A DNA stretch of 32,000 nucleotides from the NCBI RefSeq assembly GCF_000011125.1, contig NC_000854.2:540001-572000 (forward strand), written 5' to 3'. The notes under the pieces were generated by a model that made no database searches, was not told the DNA's origin, and was given only the letters and a program-made list of their open reading frames with translations. This document shows, one piece after another, positions 24,831 through 32,000 of the stretch. The position numbers and the translations under genes were made by a program. The first letter of the stretch is position 1; every line of letters begins with the position of its first letter. This stretch comes from Aeropyrum pernix K1 (GTDB taxonomy: Archaea > Thermoproteota > Thermoprotei_A > Sulfolobales > Acidilobaceae).

Positions 24831-25827
24831 GGCCCTGCTCCTCACGGTTCTAGCCCTCCCCCTGCTGGCTTTAGTGGCTGGCGCCGAGGCCCCAACACTG
24901 GTTGGCGAGTCTGGCCCCTTCGACGTCTACAGGGTTGGCGAGGGCTTCTACGTAGCCCTGATCGACGATGGGTTCTTCGACGAGGTTAGGGGGAGGTTCT
25001 ACCTGTACTGGGCCGGGTCTCCGGAGGAGCACTCCAGGCTGACCGAGTCTCCGTTCACCCCGGTGGTTGAGGATCTGGGGGCCTCCCTTGGCCCGGGCGA
25101 GGAGGGGGCTATAGGGCCCTACAGCCGCGAGGAGGACTTCGACTGCAGGTGGGGCGTCGCCCCTGACGGGCGGTGGTGGGTCAGGATCAACGGGGAGAAG
25201 CGTTATGTGTCGGAGCCCGAGGCTTCCAGGGCCCTGCGTGGCCTCGGTGTGGAAGCCTCCGCATTTAGCGTGGGCAGGCTCGTAGTATTCGATAGGCAGA
25301 ACGGCGTGATAACTGAGCGGCTCGACACGGTGGCTAAGGTTTACGTGCACGGGCCCCGGGACGCCCTCCTAGATCCTAGGCTGGGCGAGGCTGTTAGGGA
25401 GGCTGTTTTGAGGGACTGCGGAGTGCCTGTCAATGTGGTTGTGGCGGTGGAGGAGGCGTGGAGCCTCAAGAAGTGGGCCCTGAGGGAGGAGACTTATGAG
25501 AGGATCTCGACAGCCTGGGATAGGCTCGGCCTCCCCCTCTACGGCGTGGGGGGCATGCTGGGCTTCCCGCTCCTCGTCGGCGTGGACGGCCTGGAGATGA
25601 GGAGCAGGGGTGTGACCCTAGACTGGGTCCTCTCCGTCCTGGACAGGGAGATACCCCCGGGTCTGGCCGTGCTGGTAGTGGTTAGGGACTACAAGCCCAC
25701 GGAGGGCTCGCTACTACCCGGCCAGGCCGGTGGCAGCGGCGTGGGCCCCGAGGCCGGGGTAGCGGCGGCGGCCCTCGCGGTGGCCGTGGCGGCGGCCCTT
25801 GTAGCGTTCAAGCGCCGTAGGACATAG
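24811..25827 (+). CDS. signal-peptide, C-terminally membrane-anchored extracellular protein
   Basis: LLLTVLALPLLALVAGAEA at N terminus; GVAAAALAVAVAAALVAFKRRRT at C terminus; overlaps protease 3' end by 20 nt. Confidence 0.65.
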   Translation: MCASGARALLLTVLALPLLALVAGAEAPTLVGESGPFDVYRVGEGFYVALIDDGFFDEVRGRFYLYWAGSPEEHSRLTESPFTPVVEDLGASLGPGEEGAIGPYSREEDFDCRWGVAPDGRWWVRINGEKRYVSEPEASRALRGLGVEASAFSVGRLVVFDRQNGVITERLDTVAKVYVHGPRDALLDPRLGEAVREAVLRDCGVPVNVVVAVEEAWSLKKWALREETYERISTAWDRLGLPLYGVGGMLGFPLLVGVDGLEMRSRGVTLDWVLSVLDREIPPGLAVLVVVRDYKPTEGSLLPGQAGGSGVGPEAGVAAAALAVAVAAALVAFKRRRT

Positions 25828-25894
25828 CCGTGGCGGAAGTCGATTATCACGGTTTTTGTAAGCACATTATCTATAAACTCTATTTTCGGGGGTT

Positions 25895-26224
25895 GTGGGC
25901 GGCTTGTCTGTTCTGAGGCTTACCTGGTATAAGGTTCTACCCCTGTATATGCTGGGCGCTGTTTTGGGTTACCTGGTTTTCTCTGCTGTTCTGTCCATAG
26001 GGTCTGGCAGCAGTATGTTCGACCCTCTTTGGCTGTATATCGTGTTGGTGACGGCCTTCCTCTCCCCCCTCTCCATGCTTGTCTGGGGGTTCCTCTCCCT
26101 GACGGCCTGGCTTCTCGATAGGAAGCTGGGCCCCTACGCCATGTTCGTGCCCCTTGTTGCCGGGGCTGTTATGGGCCCATTAACCCTCTACATACTCGTC
26201 CGCGGCCTTCTAGTCTATCCCTAG
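25895..26224 (+). CDS. small polytopic membrane protein
   Basis: Three hydrophobic segments. Confidence 0.6.
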   Translation: MGGLSVLRLTWYKVLPLYMLGAVLGYLVFSAVLSIGSGSSMFDPLWLYIVLVTAFLSPLSMLVWGFLSLTAWLLDRKLGPYAMFVPLVAGAVMGPLTLYILVRGLLVYP

Positions 26225-26253
26225 CCCTCCCACACCCCGCGGCGCATATCTTT

Positions 26254-26676
26254 GTGGTGCGGTGTGGCTTGCTGGGCTGGCTTAGGAGGAAGGCGGGGGA
26301 GCTCAGGAGGAGGCGTAGGGTTCGCTCGAGGATAGTCTCCCATCTCGTGAGCAAGGGCGTAGCCAGGAGGGATGCAGAGAGGCTCGCCCCCCTTGTTATG
26401 AGGGGCGAGCTGACGGTCTCGGAGGCCGTATCCCTGGGTAAGAGGCTGGGCCGGGATAGGGTTGCCAGGGTGGAGCGTCGGCTGAGGGGCGAGGAGCGCC
26501 GCAAGAACGATAGTAAGGGCGGGGATAGGTTCCTCGGGCTCTCACGGTCAATACTGGGCTTCACGCTCGGAACCTCTGGGAGCCAGCCTATCGACCTCTT
26601 CGGCGGCCAGACGGGGGAGTCTAAGCGCCGGAGGAGGCGGGGCGGCCGGGAGCCCGGGCAGCCTCCCCTGTGGTGA
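26254..26676 (+). CDS. very basic small protein, possibly nucleic-acid binding
   Basis: Arg-rich ORF (RRKAGELRRRRRVRSR; SKRRRRRGG). Confidence 0.5.
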   Translation: MVRCGLLGWLRRKAGELRRRRRVRSRIVSHLVSKGVARRDAERLAPLVMRGELTVSEAVSLGKRLGRDRVARVERRLRGEERRKNDSKGGDRFLGLSRSILGFTLGTSGSQPIDLFGGQTGESKRRRRRGGREPGQPPLW

Positions 26677-27041
26677 GAGCATCATCCTCTTGGGGCGGGG
26701 TGTGGATGGCGGTGAGGCTTAGGAGGAGGCGCCGCCGGGGCTCCCGGTGCCCTGTGCCACGGGAGAACCCCCGGACGGGCCGTAAGACCAAGTATCTGGG
26801 GCACAGGGTTAGGGATGTGGGGGGCTCGGGGCTCGATAGCCCCCGGGAGTTCAGGGGTATACTGAGGGAGGTTACGAGGGACTACAGGGAGGGGTGCATA
26901 TCTAAGCGGACGGCGCGGGGGAGGCTCCTGCTGCTCTACAGGCTGACTTACCCTCGCTATAACAGGAAGGCCAGGCGTATCCCGGCCTCGACGAGGAGGA
27001 GGCTTAGGGAGGAGATAAGGCGGGCGATGGAGAGCCTATAA
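26670..27041 (+). CDS. very basic small protein
   Basis: Arg-rich ORF overlapping the previous gene. Confidence 0.5.
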   Translation: MVRASSSWGGVWMAVRLRRRRRRGSRCPVPRENPRTGRKTKYLGHRVRDVGGSGLDSPREFRGILREVTRDYREGCISKRTARGRLLLLYRLTYPRYNRKARRIPASTRRRLREEIRRAMESL

Positions 27042-27060
27042 CCACCCATTTAACCGGGCG

Positions 27061-27103
27061 GTTAGAGAAGCACGATCCGGCTACTGTCTTGACGTTCTCT
27101 AAC
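27061..27103. repeat. bipartite inverted repeat copy 12 (43 bp)
   Basis: GTTAGAGAAGCACGATCCGGCTACTGTCTTGACGTTCTCTAAC. Confidence 0.9.
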
Positions 27104-27134
27104 ACCTCCGCATTTATGCTCTGGGGAGGGCTGG

Positions 27135-28112
27135 TTGTTCGAGGGCAGCGAGTACCTCTACCCCCTCTACAGGCACCTATACGGGCTTGGCCTGACTAGG
27201 GAGGAGTGGCTCCGTGCCAGGGAGGCGTTCAGGGAGAGGGCTAGGAGGTGTCCGCGCTGCGCCTTTATGGACGTCGGGCTGGCGGCCAGGCACGCTAGGT
27301 CGCTGAGGCAGTGGATGAGGTCGCCCAACAGGTACGACATACCCGGCGTTGACTCCCCGGAGGTGGGCTGGTGGCTCGAGTCCCGGGATCTCCTGGAGCC
27401 TTATAGTGAGGAGTCCAAGAGCATCCTGGGCGAGGTTGAGAGGGCTAGGAGGGCGGTGGAGCTTTACTTCGGCGAGCCGGTGGCCACGAGGGTCAGGGTT
27501 AGGTACGAGGAGGAGATGGATAAACCGGGGGTTCTGGGGTACTGGGAACACAGGCCCGGCTGGGACTATGGAGTGCTGGCCGTTAAGAGGGGGCTGGGCG
27601 AGAGGTTCAAGGACGTGGTCGTCCACGAACTGGTGCACGCCTGGAGCCTCGGCAGGTACAGCGACGTTCCTTACGGGGAGAAGGCGGGGAACCCGGCGTG
27701 GAACATGAGAGTGGTTGAGGGTAGCACGGAGACGGCTGCCAAGCGGGTGCTCTCGTTGCTGGGCTTGAAGCCGTCCGCAGTGGCCTACTCGGCCCTCGTC
27801 GAGAGGCTCTCGGAGGGGGGCGCGGAGAGGGGTGTAGAGGCGGCCCTCGAGTTCCTCCGGGCGGCCAGGGAGAGGAGGCGGCCTAGGGGCGAGTACATGA
27901 GGGAGGCTGTGCTGCTGAAGCACACGGAAGGCCCCGACGTCTACGTGTCAAAACCGCCGGAGAGGCTCCCCGGGGAGGCGAGGGACCTGCTCTCGCCTAA
28001 ACCCTTCCCCGCCGAGCTCGCCCTCGACAGGACTCTGAGGCCTTTCGCAGAAGCCCTTAAAACCCTCAGGAGGCAGAGGAGGAGGGGCGGGAGGAGGCGG
28101 CGTTGGGGCTAG
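27135..28112 (+). CDS. putative HExxH zinc metallopeptidase (zincin-like)
   Basis: FKDVVVHELVHAWSLG with downstream MRVVEGSTETAAKRV; a TATA-like ATTTATG lies about 20 bp upstream. Confidence 0.65.
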   Translation: MFEGSEYLYPLYRHLYGLGLTREEWLRAREAFRERARRCPRCAFMDVGLAARHARSLRQWMRSPNRYDIPGVDSPEVGWWLESRDLLEPYSEESKSILGEVERARRAVELYFGEPVATRVRVRYEEEMDKPGVLGYWEHRPGWDYGVLAVKRGLGERFKDVVVHELVHAWSLGRYSDVPYGEKAGNPAWNMRVVEGSTETAAKRVLSLLGLKPSAVAYSALVERLSEGGAERGVEAALEFLRAARERRRPRGEYMREAVLLKHTEGPDVYVSKPPERLPGEARDLLSPKPFPAELALDRTLRPFAEALKTLRRQRRRGGRRRRWG

Positions 28113-28360
28113 ACCCCTTTGTCATCCAGGCCCGGGAGGGCGACAGGGAGGCCTGGACCCGGGCGAACAGGCTCGCTGCGGGGCTGATGGCTATAGGCTA
28201 CCCGGTGGAGGTCAAGCCCCTGCCCCGGAGCTCGCGGGAGAGGCTCGTAATAGTAACCCCCCTGGGAGGGCGTATAGCCGACCCCGGGGAAGGGGAGCTG
28301 CGTGATATACTGGACTACCCCCACATCCACGCGGGCTACATTGTAGACGCCGAGCACTAA
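28103..28360 (+). CDS. small hypothetical protein
   Basis: ORF overlapping previous gene. Confidence 0.5.
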   Translation: MGLDPFVIQAREGDREAWTRANRLAAGLMAIGYPVEVKPLPRSSRERLVIVTPLGGRIADPGEGELRDILDYPHIHAGYIVDAEH

Positions 28361-28408
28361 ACCCCCCAGGGTCTCCCGGGGTGGATTCCGAACTTGGCGG
28401 CGGCGTGT

Positions 28409-28450
28409 GTTAGAGAATAAGGCTAAATTCCTTACAGCATTTTCTCTAAC
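28409..28450. repeat. bipartite inverted repeat copy 13 (42 bp)
   Basis: GTTAGAGAATAAGGCTAAATTCCTTACAGCATTTTCTCTAAC. Confidence 0.9.
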
Positions 28451-28525
28451 ACCCCACACACCCCCGACCAGCCACGACACACATACACCCAACCCCCCGC
28501 CACACACAGGCCGGGCGGAAGCACA

Positions 28526-28717
28526 GTGGGGGGTGGCGGGTTGGACTGGGCGAGCGTCTTCCAGTTTTACGCCCGTCTCAAGAGGGAGCTTAGGGAGGCG
28601 GTGCACGGTTGCGAAGCAAGCCCTGAGTGCAAGAGGATCGTGTGGGAGGCCGTCTCGAGAGTCCTGGAGGAGAAGGCAGTAGAACTCGAGGAGATGGCCG
28701 CTTCTTCTCCCAAGTAG
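28526..28717 (+). CDS. small hypothetical protein (MGGGGLDWASVFQFYARLKRELREAV...)
   Basis: Short amphipathic ORF; more protein-like than overlapping ORF 28407..28682. Confidence 0.45.
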   Translation: MGGGGLDWASVFQFYARLKRELREAVHGCEASPECKRIVWEAVSRVLEEKAVELEEMAASSPK

Positions 28718-28889
28718 GCTATAAAATATTGAAGATTATGAATTCGAATGTACGAGTGTCTGTTTGTGTTTTTAATTATCTGAGTTTCACTAACGTATAT
28801 TTTTCTTTGGGCTGTTCGATAGGGCGCATGTGGAATACGGATAAGCGCCTATGCTTGGTGGACTGCTTTAATATCTAGGTGATGACAAG

Positions 28890-29357
28890 TTGAGTTCAAT
28901 GATTCGTCATAGGGAATCATACATACTGTCGCTGATAGTAGGGGTTCTCTCCGCATCTATACTGTGGTTGGCTTCTAAGGGGGTCATCAGCCCTAGTGTT
29001 TATCCTATAATGGCATCTGTCTCAGCCACACTCTTGGGCTTTGTATTCACGGCGGAACAGTTAGCAATAATGATATTGGCCAACGAAAATAGTACAGTGG
29101 CTAAAATCCTGCGGAAACACAACCCAGGGTATATTAACGAGCTTCTCGGGCTAGCAGATCTTACCATGGTTTCACTATTCTCCACGGCTATAGTAAGTGG
29201 AGCAGCGTCCATCTTCGCTTTCTATCCAAAGTTTATTGCTTATACAACAATGTTCTTGGTGGGGGTGAGCATGATGTCATTACTTATCTTAATTCTTAAC
29301 GTGCAGAAACTCTATCATGATCATTTTAATGTAGACCTTTCCTCGAATAACCGGTAG
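28890..29357 (+). CDS. four-TM membrane protein
   Basis: Four hydrophobic segments; convergent with and overlapping the next gene by 37 bp. Confidence 0.6.
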   Translation: MSSMIRHRESYILSLIVGVLSASILWLASKGVISPSVYPIMASVSATLLGFVFTAEQLAIMILANENSTVAKILRKHNPGYINELLGLADLTMVSLFSTAIVSGAASIFAFYPKFIAYTTMFLVGVSMMSLLILILNVQKLYHDHFNVDLSSNNR

Positions 29358-30376
29358 GATTCGCGTATCAACTCGCTGTTTTTCAGAGCCAATTCTTTAA
29401 GAATGTTTAGTGAGGCAGTGGTGTCAGTGCTTCTGAGGTATCTCCCACCACTTCGTGCTTTTGGTATGCTAACTTCCCTAAATACCAAGGCATCCTCTAC
29501 AAGGTCGACTACTCTTCTAGGGCTTCCAAAGGTTATCTTGAAACGTTGGAGGGATTCTTCTCCTAATTCTTCTCTTATTGAATTAAACAGCTCTAGCAAC
29601 TCATCTATCGTGAAATCTAACTCCTGATCCTTACCCCTTCCAGCGTGCTGTATAGCTTCGTATAACTGTCCTCTTATCTTGGTTATATCTATACCCAGCT
29701 TTTCTAACAGCATGTCTATGGTCCTTTGGTTTGTGAGCCGGGCTTTATTTGATATTTTGAGTTTTATATCGATCTGTTTTATTGTAGAATCACTATACAG
29801 TTTTAGTAGCTCTTCAGTGTCTGGTCTATAGAGTTGCCTAATGGCTATTCTGATTTTGTCACAGTTCTTCAACAATACATGTATCTTTTGCGGCCCAATT
29901 CTCTGGCAATATTCTTGGGCCGCTCCTCTGAATAACGTGCTGAGGATTCCATGTTTTGGAACAAAGCTAGTTACTTCTACAAGGGCTATACCTGGCTTAA
30001 TCAAAATCATATGAGCATACTCATAGAGATCCTCATCATCGCTGAGCTTTTTAGAAAGGGACGCATGTCTTCGACTTTTTCTGTCATAGAAATGTGACAA
30101 ACCTTCATGCCTAAGATATCCGTAAACGATACCTAGGTATTTTTCTCCATTAGCTGGAAGTTCTTTTATATCTGTTATTATGGGGATTTTTTCTGGCGAG
30201 AAGGGATTGTTATTGGAGTTCAGCGGATACGAGGTGGATTGGGCGTACTTCACCACATCTGTAATAAATTGATAGTTCAGCTTGATAACTTTTTTATCTT
30301 CAGTGTAGGCTTCAGCGATAACTCCATAAGCATAAATGTTCCTTTTGTATTCGTGGGAGGCCAAGTGAATCACCAT
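29321..30376 (-). CDS. hypothetical protein, 351 aa, function unknown
   Basis: Long ORF in AT-rich region; TATA-like TTAAAT (minus strand) at 30401-30406. Confidence 0.75.
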   Translation of the reverse strand: MVIHLASHEYKRNIYAYGVIAEAYTEDKKVIKLNYQFITDVVKYAQSTSYPLNSNNNPFSPEKIPIITDIKELPANGEKYLGIVYGYLRHEGLSHFYDRKSRRHASLSKKLSDDEDLYEYAHMILIKPGIALVEVTSFVPKHGILSTLFRGAAQEYCQRIGPQKIHVLLKNCDKIRIAIRQLYRPDTEELLKLYSDSTIKQIDIKLKISNKARLTNQRTIDMLLEKLGIDITKIRGQLYEAIQHAGRGKDQELDFTIDELLELFNSIREELGEESLQRFKITFGSPRRVVDLVEDALVFREVSIPKARSGGRYLRSTDTTASLNILKELALKNSELIRESYRLFEERSTLK

Positions 30377-30408
30377 GGAACATTCGAACCTCGTGCTACA
30401 ATTTAAGT

Positions 30409-30452
30409 GTTAGAGAATAATCAGCGACAGATTAGGTCGATATTTCTCTAAC
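30409..30452. repeat. bipartite inverted repeat copy 14 (44 bp)
   Basis: GTTAGAGAATAATCAGCGACAGATTAGGTCGATATTTCTCTAAC. Confidence 0.9.
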
Positions 30453-30843
30453 ACGTATCATAAGCCCTAGAATTCAGTAATATTTCAAAGAGGACGCTGT
30501 ATTACCAGCTATGGCTTAGCTTTTGTATTAACTTTATGATAAGATAAACATGAGCGCTTAAATGCCGCACAGCTAGACAGCCGTCTTAACTTTGTATGAA
30601 GCTATAAATCAGACTTACCATGACAAAGGCTGGCCGCTCTGTAAGGACCTCTGTCCCCTTTAAGCTTTCTTTAATTAACTGAAAAATGATTGCCAGACTT
30701 GGCGGCTTGAGCGGGTAAACCTTTTGATAATAAAAACGCTTTAAGATGTGTTATTTTCCTCTTTAATACCTACAGAAATGCTTTATAAGTATTTGTGTCT
30801 TAGAAGTGTATATTGAGTGTATACGGAGAGTTGGTGGATACAC

Positions 30844-31044
30844 ATGAGAGAGCGGGGAAGAGCCAAAACTAAAAGAGTTCAGGTTACATTTACACAGGAA
30901 CAGTGGGAGCTGATAGAAAGATTTAGAGGCGTTATGGGCAACGATGATGCTGAGATAGTAAGGAACATAGTGCTGTCTTGGCTGGCTGAGAAGTCCGTAG
31001 TATCCTACAGGATTAAGGAGAAGGGAGGAGGTGCTGAGAGTTGA
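30844..31044 (+). CDS. ribbon-helix-helix-like small DNA-binding protein
   Basis: KRVQVTFTQEQWELIERFRGVMGNDDAEIVRNIVLSWLAEKS; ATG 30844 preferred over 30817. Confidence 0.65.
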   Translation: MRERGRAKTKRVQVTFTQEQWELIERFRGVMGNDDAEIVRNIVLSWLAEKSVVSYRIKEKGGGAES

Positions 31045-32000
31045 GCCGATACAGCACCATTTCGCTGTTCTCTGGTGCTGGCGGGCTGGATTTAGGGTTT
31101 GTGCAGAGCGGCAGGTTTAGGATTGTCTTCGCCAACGAGATACTTCTACCAGCGGCTGTTACTTATTCCAGAAACCTAGGGCTTAGGCTGGAAGTCTGCG
31201 GGGATGAGCCTCGTGTAGAGGCGCAGCCTGGAACTATCATGGCGTGTGATGTTGCTAAGCTGGATTTCACGGGTTTATCGGGTGTTGATGCCGATGTAAT
31301 CATTGGAGGCCCGCCGTGTCAGGACTTCTCTATAGTCAGGGGGCCTGACTGGGACAGGAGGGGCATAAATGTAAAAAGGGGCAGGCTTTATGCGCACTTT
31401 GTCAGAGCTCTGGCCTCTCTGCAGCCTAAGGCGTTTGTCTTTGAGAATGTTCCAGGCCTGGTTAGTGCGAACCGGGGCTTAGCTTATAAGGTGATTCTTG
31501 AGGACTTTGCAAGGCTGAGCATTAGGTGGGATGAAATAAAGAGGATTGTGTCAAGCAATGGGAACGGCGGAAAAGTGGAGGGCTACGAGATAGTCTTTAC
31601 CGGAATCGTGGATTTCTCAAAACTGGGTGTTCCCCAGAAGCGTGAGAGGCTTGTAATAATAGGTTTGAGGAAGGACCTGGCCGGAGGAGGCTTTGAGACC
31701 ATCTCCAGACTTAGGGCGCGCATCGATCATGTCCTCAGCGGCAAGAGGTGGCTGCTCCACAGGTATCCGCTGACCCCTATTGAAGTCTTCGAGGGTCAGC
31801 CGCTGGACAGACTCGGTGATAAGTATAAGGAGGTTATGCTGAAGTGGGAGGGAGTCTGGGATGAGGTAGGTACTGAAAGAGCTTTTGAGTGGAAAAGAAG
31901 GGTGTGGGACAGGCTTACATTCGATATTATAAGTGACTATCTCAGCTTTAACGGTATAAAGCATGCAGACAAGCAGGAGCTGGAGGAGGCGCTGATGCAG
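31041..32000 (+). CDS. DNA (cytosine-5-)-methyltransferase, truncated by window edge, TTG start
   Basis: By-eye translation open for 320 codons to position 32000: TISLFSGAGGLDLGF (motif I), IIGGPPCQDFS (motif IV), AFVFENVPGL (motif VI), GVPQKRERLVIIG (motif VIII). Confidence 0.92.
   Translation, partial: MSRYSTISLFSGAGGLDLGFVQSGRFRIVFANEILLPAAVTYSRNLGLRLEVCGDEPRVEAQPGTIMACDVAKLDFTGLSGVDADVIIGGPPCQDFSIVRGPDWDRRGINVKRGRLYAHFVRALASLQPKAFVFENVPGLVSANRGLAYKVILEDFARLSIRWDEIKRIVSSNGNGGKVEGYEIVFTGIVDFSKLGVPQKRERLVIIGLRKDLAGGGFETISRLRARIDHVLSGKRWLLHRYPLTPIEVFEGQPLDRLGDKYKEVMLKWEGVWDEVGTERAFEWKRRVWDRLTFDIISDYLSFNGIKHADKQELEEALMQ

Larger units (their letters stand above)
2607..32000. mobile_element. 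integrated virus/provirus-like element; left end at tRNA-Val, right end not seen
   Basis: tRNA-adjacent tyrosine recombinase, dense small membrane-protein genes, ATPase, capsid-like paralog pair and a dispersed element-specific repeat; whether the methyltransferase module belongs to the element is uncertain. Confidence 0.75.

Noticed and set aside
15815-25827. Whole-element amber recoding (TAG as sense)
   Set aside because: Most genes in the window end in TAG exactly where overlapping or abutting downstream genes begin, so TAG functions as a normal stop in general; only the protease locus warrants testing for readthrough.
4445-30452. CRISPR or MITE interpretation of the repeat family
   Set aside because: Copies are hundreds to thousands of bp apart, have no regular spacer array, and in the coding copies no clean insertion is evident; only the arms and their distance are conserved in most copies.
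30453-30816. Possible attR or tRNA remnant in the AT-rich gap
   Set aside because: No match to the tRNA-Val 3' segment could be found by eye.

Overview
The GC-rich window looks like a crenarchaeal (Desulfurococcales/Aeropyrum-like, inferred) chromosome edge. Host genes at the left (Trm5-like tRNA methyltransferase, TYW3/Taw3-like protein, tRNA-Val(TAC)) are followed by an intact tyrosine recombinase and about 28 kb or more of integrated virus-like DNA; its right end is not seen in the window. The element encodes wHTH/RHH regulators, an M48-type and a second HExxH metalloprotein, a P-loop ATPase, many small membrane proteins, a tandem pair of approx. 90-105 aa two-helix hydrophobic proteins (candidate spindle-virus-type capsid proteins), and a 10-kb run of signal-peptide/membrane-anchored extracellular proteins. 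That run includes helical-barrel-like and lectin-like proteins and a chymotrypsin-like protease whose catalytic triad is split by an in-frame TAG. A cytosine-C5 DNA methyltransferase runs off the right edge. The most striking signal is not a gene. A bipartite inverted repeat, (GT)GTTAGAGAA - about 25 nt of mostly unconserved sequence - TTCTCTAAC(AC), occurs about 14 times between 4.4 and 30.5 kb, with outer length always 42-44 bp, and is absent from the host flank. Several copies abut TATA-like boxes on either strand, and others are embedded in coding sequence. This looks like a provirus-wide operator/'stoperator' or genome-organising site system. All family assignments are by eye; no database search was run.
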